Assembly (NCBI GenBank): GCA_964016885.1
Contig: OZ024755.1
Coordinates: 39,432,001-39,496,000 of the forward strand
Direction: 5' to 3'
DNA length: 64,000 nt
Source: Eledone cirrhosa
Lineage: Eukaryota
In this document: positions 11,515 to 25,619 of the stretch, in pieces
Numbering within the stretch: the first letter of the stretch is position 1
How the letters are laid out: each line of letters begins with the position of its first letter
The notes under the pieces: generated by a model
The model's database searches: none
Told to the model about the DNA's origin: nothing
Seen by the model: only the letters and a program-made list of their open reading frames with translations
Position numbers and translations under genes: made by a program

Positions 11515-14224
11515 GTGTTCAGTGCAAAAACCAATCTATCGGTGAGGGAAATAATGCCTATCTCCCCGCGAGTGTTGAGGGTGACCTTCAATGGAAACCC
11601 AAGACTGACAGTCATCTCAGCCTATAGTCCAACCGAGGGGGACAGTGATGTGAATGCGGAGGAGTTCCATGAGGAGGTGTGTAGAGCTGTCAACACCACT
11701 CAGGCACACAATATCCTGCTTGTTTTGGGGGACTTCAATGCACATCTGAGTAAGGAGGGCAGTGAAGATCCTTGCTGGTACTTCCATAACAATACCAACC
11801 GAAATGGAAGACTACTGAGAGACACCCTGCTGGAGGCGAAGTTGATGGCGACCAACCTAAGGTTTAGGAAGAATCTGGGGAAGATGTGGACCTACATCTC
11901 AGATATGCACCTGTCCAAGTCCCAGATTGATTTCATTCTGGTGAGGAAAAAGTGGCGGAATAGTGTTCAGAACACGGAACCATACAGCTATTTCAGTACA
12001 CTGGGTAGTGACCACCGGCTCGTTATGAGTGAGGTCCGCGTGAGCTTAAGAATGAGCAAGGCTCAGCCCCGGAGAGCAATCTATGACTGGGGAGCTTTCA
12101 AGGAAGATGATAAGCTACAAGAGAGGTTCACAGTGGAAGTGAGAAACAGGTTTAGTGCTCTGTGTGGAGAGTCAGAGGAGAGAGAGATTGGATGGACTGA
12201 GGAGAGTATGACGAGGAGGTACGGGCACTTCACCAATGCAGTGGCGAAAGCAAGTGAAACCCTGGTGCCGAGGAAAAAGAACAAAGGGAAGCACGTCAGC
12301 TCTGCAAACCCAAAAGTGTGTGCAGCCAGAGAACACCTGAAAGCTGCCAGGGACCAATTCTATGCTGATCCTACGGAGGAGAGGATGGAGACTGTGGAGG
12401 TGATGAGGGAAGAGCTCTGTACCGCTTACACTGAGGTCAGAGAGGAGGCACTGATAGAGAAGATCAGAAGTGTGGAGAGAGCGGTTGACAGATCTGGATA
12501 TAAGGAGAGCTGGATGATCATCAACGAGATCACAGGGAGGAAGAAAAGGTGTTCGAGTCAGATCCAGGGAACGGGGCCCGAGGATAGGAAGAGGAAATGG
12601 CTAGACCATTTTAGGACCCTACTAGGAGAGCCACCCTCCACAGCCCAGAGCACTGGGGAGATCAGGCGGCTGTTTGAGGAACTGGATGTTGAGACAGAGC
12701 CCTTCACCAGAGAGGAGCTTCAGAGAGCCAAGAAGAAGATCAAGGAGGGCAAGGCTCATGGAGAAGATGGAGTGGCATCAGAGGTGATGAAGAGGTGTGA
12801 TTTTGATGATATCATCCTGGGGTTCTGTAACGGGGCACTGGAGAAAGGAGTTGCCCCGAATCAGTGGAGGATCAGTAACATCGTCCCAGTGCCAAAGAAG
12901 GGAGATCTCTCTAACACCAACAACTACTGGGGGATCTCACTGACGTCACTTGTGGCAAAGACGCTCAACAGGATGATTCTTAACAGGATCCAGCCTGAGA
13001 TGGAGAAGAAGCTCAGGGACAACCAGAACGGCTTCAGAGAGGGTAGATCAACCACCAGTCACATCCTGATGCTGAGGAGGATATTAGAGGGAGCTAGAGC
13101 AAAGTGCCTTCCTGCGGTCATGGTTTTCATTGACTTTAGGAAAGCCTTTGATTCTGTGGACCGTTACTGCCTGATGAAGATCTTACAGGCTTATGGAATC
13201 CCCAAGAGGATAGTGGACCTGATATCACTGCTCTACACCAACACCAAAGCCCAAGTCATTACACCTGATGGGATGACAGAGTTCTTTGAGATACTGGCTG
13301 GAGTGCTCCAGGGAGATACATTGGCTCCCTACCTTTTTATCATCGTAGTGGACTATTGTATGCGCCTGGCACTGGAGAAACACCAAGACTCTGGCTTTAC
13401 TGTAGCACCGGCTCAGAGCAGGAGAGTTGGGGCGAAAAAGGTATCGGATGCTGAATTTGCCGACGACATAGTTTTGGTGACAAATACAGTGAAGGAGGCA
13501 GAGGATTTGATGCGTGAGGTTGAGACTGTGTCGATGAGTGTGGGGCTGAGAATGAATGAGACTAAAACAAAATATCTGGTAGAGAATGTTGAGAAGCCAG
13601 AGGGGATTACTAATGTAGGCGGGAAGCCGCTGGAATTGGTTGAGGACTTCCTGTATTTGGAAGCAAAGATTGGGAATGCGGAGGATGATGTGGTTGAGAG
13701 GAAGAGCAAGGCCTGGGCGGCGTGCCACAGCTTGAGATCGGTGTGGAAGTTGGACCTTCGTAGAGACCTGAAAATCCGCCTCTTCATTGCTGTAGTGGAG
13801 TCTTTGCTGCTGTATGGGTCTGAGACTTGGACACTGACCAAGAAACCCACTCAGATGGTGGATGGGTGCTACACGAGAATGCTGAGGATGGCTCTGAACA
13901 TTAATCAGTATACACTGAGGATGAAAAACTCAGAGCTGTATGGGAGCATTCTAAAAGTCAGCTCAAAAGTGAGACAGAGGAGACTAAGGTTGGCTGGACA
14001 TGCTCACCGACATCCGGAGTTGACATTGCACTCAGTGCTCCTTTGGGAGCCCCTACATGGACACACTAGAAGAGGAAGACCAAGGTTAACATATGTTGAT
14101 GCCCTAAGGACAGACACTGGTCTGTTGGAGATGCAGGATATGGCAGCGATAATGAGGGACAGAGACCGCTGGAGAGAACTCGTCCATGGATCTCGGGAAT
14201 TTTACCCGCCTTAGATAGATAGAT
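11515..14224 (+). mobile_element. RTE/RTE-X-like LINE, 5'-truncated, open 899-aa APE-RT ORF, (TAGA)n tail
   Basis: APE motifs (SAYSPT, LGDFNA, SQIDFIL, SDHRLV) and RT motifs (QNGFREGRST, FIDFRKAFDSV, GVLQGDTLAPYLF, EFADD, LLYGSETW, RRLRLAGH, RGRP). Stop codon merges into TAGATAGATAGA. Confidence 0.9.
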
Positions 14225-14265
14225 ATATATCTATATATATGTATATATGATACTATATATATATA

Positions 14266-14407
14266 TGTGAGAAAAACCACAGACCCTCCATCTCAACTCA
14301 CCTTTTGAAAAGCAGAAGAACTGCGAAACCGGTAAAGGAACCAAATAACTATAGATATTTTTTTTTTAAATAAGACTTCAGTTGCATTTTCGATTTCATC
14401 CCTTTTT

Positions 14408-14411
<4 letters not shown>
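14266..14411 (+). mobile_element. Single arm of the 28313-28670 hammerhead-remnant family
   Basis: GTGAGAAAAACCACAGACCCTCCATCTCAACTC...GCGAAACCGGTAAAGGAACC...TTTCTT then (TA)n. Matches 28453-28606 and 40528-40685. Confidence 0.75.
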
Positions 14412-14444
<33 letters not shown>

Positions 14445-14637
14445 GATAAATCTACCAAGAGTTTACGGTAGTGTCCAATCCGTATGAAGAACTCAATGTA
14501 TTCCGGATATCATGGAAAGAAGAGATGTAATGAAAAATCACATTCGGTGAAAGATAAACGGTATACAGAGTCAAGATAAAATATTAAACAAATAATGAAT
14601 AAACAATGAAACAGTTCCTTATATTAAACAAAAAAAG

Positions 14638-14791
14638 TTCATTATTTAACGATCGTTTCTAGGGTATATATGTGTTAGAATTGGCATGCATATTCAACAG
14701 ATCTATGTACAAAATTATACAAAATTATACAAACTATCAAGATTAAATATACATACCAACACATATATACGCCGTCTTCAGAAATAATGAA
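14638..14791 (-). ncRNA. Type I hammerhead ribozyme with long stem II (left arm of giant palindrome)
   Basis: Reverse complement of 21231-21384. Confidence 0.75.
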
Positions 14792-15442
14792 ATATATTTA
14801 TTGATAATAACAACAATTCAAAATTTCAGGTCCCTTTGGGAACAAAATTGACCAATGAAAATACAAAAGGTTTAATGCAGTTCAGTGTGTGTATATACAT
14901 GTAACTACCCTTACACATATTTTACAAAAATGTATGCACAACTTGTATACGCATATCAAAAGGATGGATGCAAGTACACAATTTCAAGGTTAATGTCTCT
15001 GTAAGTTTATAAAGCACAGATAAGATGCGTATAGACACATAAATATGAAATAAGTGTATACACATATTCACATACTCAGACATATCCGTACAATCACACA
15101 CACACTCGCGTATATGCATAAACATACACATAACTAACGAACATACAAACACACACACACCCCCACTCACATATATATATGTGGATATAAAATCCTAAGC
15201 ACATGGATATTAATTCACTCACATAAACACTGGCAAACACATTTAGATCAAGATACAGAAATTAGGTGGGAGGGGGGGGGGGGAGGTCAGTATTCAACGG
15301 TTTGGGCAGACTGCTTAATATAGATGTATCTATAAACTAAGAAAATAAAAAATAATAAAATATAATAAAATAATAAATAATAAATAAACAATAAAAGGAA
15401 AGAAAAGAAAAAGAAAAAAGAAAAAAGAAATATATCAAGAAA

Positions 15443-15500
<58 letters not shown>

Positions 15501-15653
15501 ATACACATATATACACACATACATATATATATATACACATATACAAACACATACATACATATACACACATCCACACTTAGAACATACATACACACACATA
15601 TATAAACATATACATATACACACATACATACATATACACACATACATATAAAT

Positions 15654-15748
<95 letters not shown>

Positions 15749-16029
15749 CATACACATATAATCACACATACTATATAGACACACATATATATACACACAT
15801 ACACGCACATATACATACACTTACATACTTATATACATACAGATATACACATACATACCTATATATACACACACAAATACATACAGACATACATACATAC
15901 ATACAGACAAATACTTACGCATCTATATATCGGTATATACATACAAACACCACTACACTCTCACACAACTCAGACATACAAAGAAAAAGGTATATACCTA
16001 TACACAACTACATATACAAATAGAGAAAC

Positions 16030-16098
<69 letters not shown>

Positions 16099-16288
16099 GA
16101 CATACACACACATACACATACATACACATACATACATGTACACACACATAGATATATATACACATACACACATACACACATACATATATAGTCATACACA
16201 CACATACACATACACGAACATACACATACACATATATAAAGATATATACACACACACACACACACACATACACACACATATATATAAA

Positions 16289-16345
<57 letters not shown>

Positions 16346-16678
16346 TACATATATATACATACACACATACATAGACATATATGTACATACATACACATAC
16401 ACAGATACATACACACACATACATACATATATATATACACACATAGACATATACATACAAACACACACAACATACCTACACACATATATATTCATACATA
16501 GAATTAGATATATATTCATACATACACCTGCACTTACATATACTCATATATATAAATACATACGCATTCATATATGCGTATATACATAGAAACACCACTA
16601 CACCCTCACCCAACTCAGATATACAAAGAAAAAGGCATATACATATATATATATACACGCATTAATAGAGATATATAT

Positions 16679-16710
<32 letters not shown>

Positions 16711-16932
16711 ACACATACACTTATATATATATACCCACATACACATACAACCATAAATACACATACAAACACCCACATATACATATATATACACATATAT
16801 ATATATACACACACACATAAAAAACAGACATGCACATATATATTTTTTTACACACATATATACACATATATATACATATACACACCCTCACATATACACA
16901 CATACACATAAGTTATATAATAATAATAAATA

Positions 16933-16984
<52 letters not shown>

Positions 16985-17236
16985 GAATATAGACACATAT
17001 ACACACATAGATATATATATACACATATATATACACATACATATACACACACACATATACACACTCACATATATATGTGTGTGCAAACACATATATATAC
17101 ACATACACACATATACACATAAACACATATATGTGTATACATGCACACACACACATATATCCACATAGATACGAAGATAGACATATAAATAGAGACATAC
17201 ATATATATACACACACATACATATACATACATACAT

Positions 17237-17292
<56 letters not shown>

Positions 17293-18734
17293 GCATACAC
17301 ATACACATATATATACACATGCATATATACACATATACACATACATACACACATATATATACACACACAATCTTACATTCTTATTTGCATGCGCATATAT
17401 GTATTTTTATATTCAGATATAAATACCCAAACATATATACACCTACCTACATATATATTCATACATACACACTTACAAACACAGATGATAATAGTATGGG
17501 GGAAAGGGGGGGGGGGTGGAGAAGGGGATTATAGTAAATATATGTTTCAAGAAACATAGAATATTATCCGTATCTGGATCCAATGTATGTTTTTACATAG
17601 TTTCAGTGTTAGGAAATACAATAAACAAGAAATAAGGCAAAATTTATGCATTTCAAAATAAATAAGTATACCATTAATTATATGTTAACTAAACTAAAGA
17701 TAGTTAACATATTGATTTCTAAGGTGTAAATTAGTTAGGTTTATAATATTTGAAGCAGAATTTTGAAGTTAAAAAGTAGTAGAGTATTGATTATAGTATA
17801 ACTAAATTAAAGTTAATAACGTTATGGTATCAATATTAGGAAATGAATTTAGTAATAGGGAAAAAACAAATAAAGTATTACATCGGTAGTAGAATATAAA
17901 TTATAGGTTAACTAAATTAAAAATTATATATTTATTTCTATAGTATATGTTAATTAGGTATATAATAAATAAAACAGATATTGTATTTTATCAATAGCGG
18001 AATATAATTATATGCAAATAGAAATCAAAATTAATACTAATTAATGCAAATAGAAATCAAAATTAATACTAATTAACATATACTATAGAAATAAATATAT
18101 AATTTTTAATTTAGTTAACCTATAATTTATATTCTACTACCGATGTAATACTTTATTTGTTTTTTCCCTATTACTAAATTCATTTCCTAATATTGATACC
18201 ATAACGTTATTAACTTTAATTTAGTTATACTATAATCAATACTCTACTACTTTTTAACTTCAAAATTCTGCTTCAAATATTATAAACCTAACTAATTTAC
18301 ACCTTAGAAATCAATATGTTAACTATCTTTAGTTTAGTTAACATATAATTAATGGTATACTTATTTATTTTGAAATGCATAAATTTTGCCTTATTTCTTG
18401 TTTATTGTATTTCCTAACACTGAAACTATGTAAAAACATACATTGGATCCAGATACGGATAATATTCTATGTTTCTTGAAACATATATTTACTATAATCC
18501 CCTTCTCCAACCCCCCCGCCCTTTCCCCCATACTATTATCATCTGTGTTTGTAAGTGTGTATGTATGAATATATATGTAGGTAGGTGTATATATGTTTGG
18601 GTATTTATATCTGAATATAAAAATACATATATGCGCATGCAAATAAGAATGTAAGATTGTGTGTGTATATATATGTGTGTATGTATGTGTATATGTGTAT
18701 ATATGCATGTGTATATATATGTGTATGTGTATGC

Positions 18735-18808
<74 letters not shown>

Positions 18809-19063
18809 ATGTATGTATGTATATGTATGTGTGTGTATATATATGTATGTCTCTCTATTTATATGTCTATCTTCGTATCTATGTGGATATATGTGTGTGT
18901 GTGCATGTATACACATATATGTGTTTATGTGTATATGTGTGTATGTGTATATATATGTGTTTGCACACACATATATATGTGAGTGTGTATATGTGTGTGT
19001 GTATATGTATGTGTATATATATGTGTATATATATATCTATGTGTGTATATGTGTCTATATTCG

Positions 19064-19112
<49 letters not shown>

Positions 19113-19689
19113 TATTTATTATTATAATATAACTTATGTGTATGTGTGTATATGTGAGGGTGTGTATATGTATATATATGTGTATATATGTGTGTAAAAA
19201 AATATATATGTGCATGTCTGTTTTTTATGTGTGTGTGTATATATATATATGTGTATATATATGTATATGTGGGTGTTTGTATGTGTATTTATGGTTGTAT
19301 GTGTATGTGGGTATATATATATAAGTGTATGTGTGTGTATATATATATATATATGTGTATATATATCTCTATTAATGCGTGTATATATATATGTATATGC
19401 CTTTTTCTTTGTATATCTGAGTTGGGTGAGGGTGTAGTGGTGTTTCTATGTATATACGCATATATGAATGCGTATGTATTTATATATATGAGTATATGTA
19501 AGTGCGAGTGTATGTATGAATATATATCTAATTCTATGTATGAATATATATGTGTGTAGGTATGTTGTGTGTGTTTGTATGTATATGTCTATGTGTGTAT
19601 ATATATATGTATGTATGTGTGTGTATGTATCTGTGTATGTGTATGTATGTACATATATGTCTATGTATGTGTGTATGTATATATATGTA

Positions 19690-19766
<77 letters not shown>

Positions 19767-19962
19767 TTTATATATATGTGTGTGTGTGTATGTGTGTGTG
19801 TGTGTGTGTGTATATATATCTTTATATATGTGTATGTGTATGTTCGTGTATGTGTATGTGTGTGTATGACTATATATGTATGTGTGTATGTGTGTATGTG
19901 TATATATATCTATGTGTGTGTACATGTATGTATGTGTATGTATGTGTATGTGTGTGTATGTC

Positions 19963-20041
<79 letters not shown>

Positions 20042-20322
20042 GTTTCTCTATTTGTATATGTAGTTGTATATAGGTATATACCTTTTTCTTTGTATGTCTG
20101 AGTTGTGTGAGAGTGTAGTGGTGTTTGTATGTATATACCGATATATAGATGCGTAAGTATTTGTCTGTATGTATGTATGTATGTCTGTATGTATTTGTGT
20201 GTGTATATATAGGTATGTATGTGTATATCTGTATGTATATAAGTATGTAAGTGTATGTATATGTGCGTGTATGTGTGTATATATATGTGTGTCTATATAG
20301 TATGTGTGATTATATGTGTATG

Positions 20323-20371
<49 letters not shown>

Positions 20372-20524
20372 ATTTATATGTATGTGTGTATATGTATGTA
20401 TGTGTGTATATGTATATGTTAATATATGTGTGTGTATGTATGTTCTAAGTGTGGATGTGTGTATATGTATGTATGTGTTTGTATATGTGTATATATATAT
20501 ATGTATGTGTGTATATATGTGTAT

Positions 20525-20582
<58 letters not shown>

Positions 20583-21230
20583 TTTCTTGATATATTTCTT
20601 TTTTCTTTTTTCTTTTTCTTTTCTTTCCTTTTATTGTTTATTTATTATTTATTATTTTATTATATTTTATTATTTTTTATTTTCTTAGTTTATAGATACA
20701 TCTATATTAAGCAGTCTGCCCAAACCGTTGAATACTGACCTCTCCCCCCCTCCCACCTAATTTCTGTATCTTGATCTAAATGTGTTTGCGAGTGTTTATG
20801 TGAGTGAATTAATATCCATGTGCTTAGGATTTTATATCCACATATATATATGTGAGTGGGGGTGTGTGTGTGTTTGTATGTTCGTTAGTTATGTGTATGT
20901 TTATGCATATACGCGAGTGTGTGTGTGATTGTACGGATATGTCTGAGTATGTGAATATGTGTATACACTTATTTCATATTTATGTGTCTATACGCATCTT
21001 ATCTGTGCTTTATAAACTTACAGAGACATTAACCTTGAAATTTTGTACTTGCATCCATCCTTTTGATATGCGTATACAAGTTGTGCATACATTTTTGTAA
21101 AATATGTGTAAGGGTAGTTACATGTATATACACACACTGAACTGCATTAAACCTTTTGTATTTTCATTGGTCAATTTTGTTCCCAAAGGGACCTGAAATT
21201 TTGAATTGTTGTTATTATCAATAAATATAT

Positions 21231-21384
21231 TTCATTATTTCTGAAGACGGCGTATATATGTGTTGGTATGTATATTTAATCTTGATAGTTTGTATAATTT
21301 TGTATAATTTTGTACATAGATCTGTTGAATATGCATGCCAATTCTAACACATATATACCCTAGAAACGATCGTTAAATAATGAA
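21231..21384 (+). ncRNA. Type I hammerhead ribozyme with long stem II
   Basis: TTCATTATTT-CTGAAGA-[GTATATATGTGTT...AACACATATATAC]-GAAA-CGATCG-TT/AAATAATGAA. 10-bp stem I and palindromic stem III. Confidence 0.78.
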
Positions 21385-21437
21385 CTTTTTTTGTTTAATA
21401 TAAGGAACTGTTTCATTGTTTATTCATTATTTGTTTA

Positions 21438-21469
<32 letters not shown>

Positions 21470-21470
21470 A

Positions 21471-21520
<50 letters not shown>

Positions 21521-21560
21521 CACTATATATATCTATATATGTATATATATATATATATGA

Positions 21561-21618
<58 letters not shown>

Positions 21619-21690
21619 CTATATATATATATATATAATACTATATATATAATACTATATATATAATACTATATGTATATATATATATAA

Positions 21691-21738
<48 letters not shown>

Positions 21739-21751
21739 CTATATATATTTA

Positions 21752-21794
<43 letters not shown>

Positions 21795-21827
21795 CTATAT
21801 ATATATATATATATATAATACTATATA

Positions 21828-21876
<49 letters not shown>

Positions 21877-21934
21877 CTATATATATATATATATAATACT
21901 ATATATATAATACTATATGTATATATATATATAA

Positions 21935-21978
<44 letters not shown>

Positions 21979-21991
21979 CTATATATATTTA

Positions 21992-22051
<60 letters not shown>

Positions 22052-22085
22052 ATACTATATATATATATATATATAATACTATATA

Positions 22086-22138
<53 letters not shown>

Positions 22139-22276
22139 CTATATATATTTATATATATATAATACTATATATATTTATATATATATATATATATAAATAT
22201 ATAATACTATATATATTTATATATATATATATATATATAATACTATATATATTTATATATATATATATATATATAA

Positions 22277-22314
<38 letters not shown>

Positions 22315-22317
<3 letters not shown>

Positions 22318-22710
22318 TAGTTAGAGAAGCAAAAAATTGCTTATTGTGATCCAGTTTTTGGTTAAGAAAGCCAGATTCATGGGTGGTTTCAACGTACGGT
22401 TAGGGGTAACTCCATAAGTTTGTAAGAATTCCGTTCAATGTTGGAGTATGAAGTATAAAAGAGAAAAAACACAGGTAAGCATTAAGAGAAGGATTTTATC
22501 CAGGTATTTACGACCGTTTCATTGGTAAGTGCAACCTTATATTGCTATACTTTTCAAAATAGTTTGAACATTTGGACTGTGAACAACAAGTATAATTGAG
22601 TGGCTGCTATTTGCAGTATAGCAATATAAGGTTACACTTACCAATGAAACGGTCGTAAATACCTGGATAAAATCCTTCTCTTAATGCTTACCTGTGTTTT
22701 TCTCTTTTAT
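22315..22710. mobile_element. Inverted-repeat island with 3' half of a hammerhead in each arm and one-sided tail
   Basis: 22455-22549 is the reverse complement of about 22617-22710. Arms read outward GAAACGGTCGTA-AATACC. Left tail begins CTTCATACTCC on the minus strand. Confidence 0.7.
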
Positions 22711-22748
22711 ATATATATATATAATACTATATATATATATATATATAA

Positions 22749-22812
<64 letters not shown>

Positions 22813-22842
22813 CTATATATATATATAATACTATATATATAA

Positions 22843-22878
<36 letters not shown>

Positions 22879-22900
22879 CTATATACATATATATATATAA

Positions 22901-22961
<61 letters not shown>

Positions 22962-22963
<2 letters not shown>

Positions 22964-23498
22964 TTTTGAGTTTATGTTGGTTGTATACCAACACCTCAGT
23001 ATGCAGGCTGGAGCACTCGACGAAGTGCGCAGGTTGGTTTGGTTACTCCGGAGTAGTGTAAAATAAAGTTAAATAAAAGTCAAATGATTAAAATTTAGCT
23101 TCGTTTATTACTGCTATATATATTTCAGTGACAGCCATCTTTGGCTGTGACCTCTTCAGGCAGTTTGAATTAGTATGGTATAGACAAGTACATATGTTGT
23201 TTAGGTGTATGATATTGTCAATACTCTGATATGCCCAGTTCCTTGTTGGGTTGTTAATTCACTGGGGAACTGGAGTCATATGACTCCAGTTCCCCAGTGA
23301 ATTAACAACCCAACAAGGAACTGGGCATATCAGAGTATTGACAATATCATACACCTAAACAACATATGTACTTGTCTATACCATACTAATTCAAACTGCC
23401 TGAAGAGGTCACAGCCAAAGATGGCTGTCACTGATATATATATAGCAGTAATAAACGAAGCTAAATTTTAATCATTTGACTTTTATTTAACTTTATTT

Positions 23499-23500
<2 letters not shown>
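22962..23500. mobile_element. Loop-less palindrome (centre 23280/23281) carrying a hammerhead in each arm, with one-sided tail
   Basis: About 23059-23280 mirrors 23281-23500 (GGAGTCATA|TGACTCC). Tail at 22962-23058. Confidence 0.85.
23110..23164 (-). ncRNA. Minimal type I hammerhead ribozyme
   Basis: ACTGC-CTGAAGA-GGTCACAGCCA(AAGA)TGGCTGTCACT-GAAA-TATATA-TA/GCAGT. The mirror copy at 23395-23449 has GATA in place of GAAA. Confidence 0.78.
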
Positions 23501-23540
<40 letters not shown>

Positions 23541-23769
23541 GTAATAATAATAATAAATTTGAAGACTAAAATCCAAAGAAGGCTCGATAAGGATAAATAT
23601 ATATCAAATATATAAGAACCGTAGAGCAAAATATCGTCTTCCTGTCTTCCTCCGGTTGCAACGTTTTTTTGAAATATCCACTTCTGCGTTTACAGATTGA
23701 CTTTGTTAGTTTCAGAAGATCCCGTTAAGGGTGAAAGCAGCGATTTTTTGCTTAAACTTTAATCTGTTA

Positions 23770-23776
<7 letters not shown>
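23541..23776. repeat. Unclassified dispersed repeat (also 31691-31757, 35225-35571, 51945-52300)
   Basis: Shared AGAAGATCCCGTTAAGGGTGAAAGCAGCGATT..TTGCTTAAACTT. The 31691 copy is an internal-deletion derivative. Confidence 0.7.
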
Positions 23777-23847
<71 letters not shown>

Positions 23848-23853
<6 letters not shown>

Positions 23854-24480
23854 TTGGAGCTCTGAAATAGCAATATATATATGGATGTATATATAATGTA
23901 TTTTGCAATACACTTTATGCTTAATTAAAAGCATTTTGAAGACAGTATGCTATTGTTTTAGAGTAGTGACAAATTCACTTACTTTAATCTCAGCAAACAG
24001 GGGAGATAAGCCGACAAGGCCTTGTTTCGCTTTTGTTGAAGCTTATCAAGGCTAACTACCCCTCCTGTCTACTGAGATTACTGATGTTATATTCTTATAG
24101 AATTCTAAATGCTTTTAATTAAGCATAAAGTGTATTGAAAAATACATTATATATACATCCATATATATATTGCTATTTCAGAGCTCCAATTCTAATTTTT
24201 AATTTCTGCCTGACCAACAATCGCTCTGTATAATCAGTTCCTGATTATTTACTAGAATTCTATAAGAATCTAACATCAGTAATCTCAGTAGACAGGAGGG
24301 GTAGTTAGCCTTGATAAGCTTCAACAAAAGCGAAACAAGGCCTTGTCGGCTTATCTCCCCTGTTTGCTGAGATTAAAGTAAGTGAATTTGTCACTACTCT
24401 AAAACAATAGCATACGGTCTTCAAAATGCTTTTAATTAAGCATAAAGTGTATTGCAAAATACATTATATATACATCCATA
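23848..24480. mobile_element. Hammerhead element: inverted arm plus partial tandem, monomer about 317 nt
   Basis: 23848-24106 is inverted relative to 24107-24480. GCTTTTAATTAAGCATAAAG is directly repeated at 24111 and 24428. Confidence 0.8.
24298..24360 (+). ncRNA. Type I hammerhead-like motif with variant core UUGAUAA (mirror at 24000-24062)
   Basis: AGCC-TTGATAA-GCTT(CAACAA)AAGC-GAAA-CAAGGCCTTG-TC/GGCT, with stem I extendable to GGGG/CCCC. Confidence 0.65.
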
Positions 24481-24739
24481 TATATATATATATAAGTATG
24501 TATACGTACATACCTATATGCATACAGACGTACAGTATTATGTATATATATACATACATGCACACATATATGAGAAATGAAATTTCGTTTCATTTTTTCC
24601 ATTTATATACATATATATATACTATACTTATATATCTCAATTCTACTTTGGAAAAGCATAATATAATATTTCACGAATCCAATTTTCTTTTTGTGAAGTT
24701 TAGTTTGTGAGCCTGTGGGTGTCTTGTTATGTCAAGTAC

Positions 24740-25560
24740 TATGTGTTGAGTTCTAAACTATTAATTCCTTGCGGGTTGGATTGTGGCGGTGGATTGGCAG
24801 TATCGGTAGAGAGTCGGACGCCATGCTTTCCAGCATAGTTACGTCCCTTTACCGTCTGAGTTCAAATCCCGCCGAGGTTTACTTTGCCTTTCATCCTTAC
24901 GGGGTCGATAAAATTAAGTACCAGTAATGCACTGGGTAATTGCTGGCCTTGTGCCTAAGGTAGAAACAATTATTTCCTTGCGGGTTGAGTCTACATATGA
25001 GCAAGGCTTCCTTAATTCTTAAATTGCCCACATTTCTATCACTGGCTTTAATAGTAACGGTAATGTTTCTACACTTGTCAACGTGTTTTTGGAAGAATGA
25101 GGATGCGCGTGTATTGAGGTGATCTTTATTGAGAGTGTGGAGTGCTCGAGTTGTACTACCAATGTAGAACTCCTTACATTTGTTGCATTCAATACGGTAT
25201 ACCACATGCGTCCACTAGCATATAACTGTGTCGCGGATAGGGAAGTTAGTCAGTGAGCATTGATTGAAGTTGTTTCTGAATTGCTTTTTAGACAGGTATA
25301 TGAAGAGCGGGAGTGTGCTAATCGTTTGTCCACACCTTCTTTGCGGATCGTTCTGTTGGTAGCTGTGGTTGTGTTTTCGCTGAAATGTGGGAATTTCATG
25401 AAGCAGATGTTAGAGGTTGTCTAATGTCTGCGGCATCCTTGATTCTTAAGTCGATGCACTGTGGATGTTGGGTATCCGTTCGTCTCCAGTATATCTATGA
25501 AGTGTGCTGTGTGAATTCAGCTGGTCCTCTATCTTGCTGCATTTATTCCAGATATGTGTA
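24740..25560 (-). pseudogene. Penelope-like element remnant: RT C-terminus plus GIY-YIG endonuclease, interrupted by a SINE
   Basis: VVYRIECNKCKEFYIGSTTR..DHL..KH...LRIKEALLI..LNP in ORF 24897..25205. Upstream LETNGYP thumb-like motif. Confidence 0.75.
24779..24973 (+). mobile_element. tRNA-derived SINE, full length, 14-bp TSD
   Basis: Same family as 1157. TTCCTTGCGGGTTG is duplicated at 24765-24778 and 24974-24987. Confidence 0.85.
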
Positions 25561-25619
25561 AGTTAATTTCTTATGTATCCGATTTTAGCCCCAAAGGGAA
25601 GGGCTGATCTATAATGCAC

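Larger units (their letters stand above)
14576..21446. repeat. Giant palindrome: two arms of about 3.4 kb (14576-17957 and 18069-21446), spacer about 110 bp
   Basis: Mirror ORFs (14922..15170- and 20852..21100+; 17319..17534+ and 18391..18708-). Unique segments are reverse complements, differing in a few substitutions and in microsatellite lengths. Confidence 0.95.
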
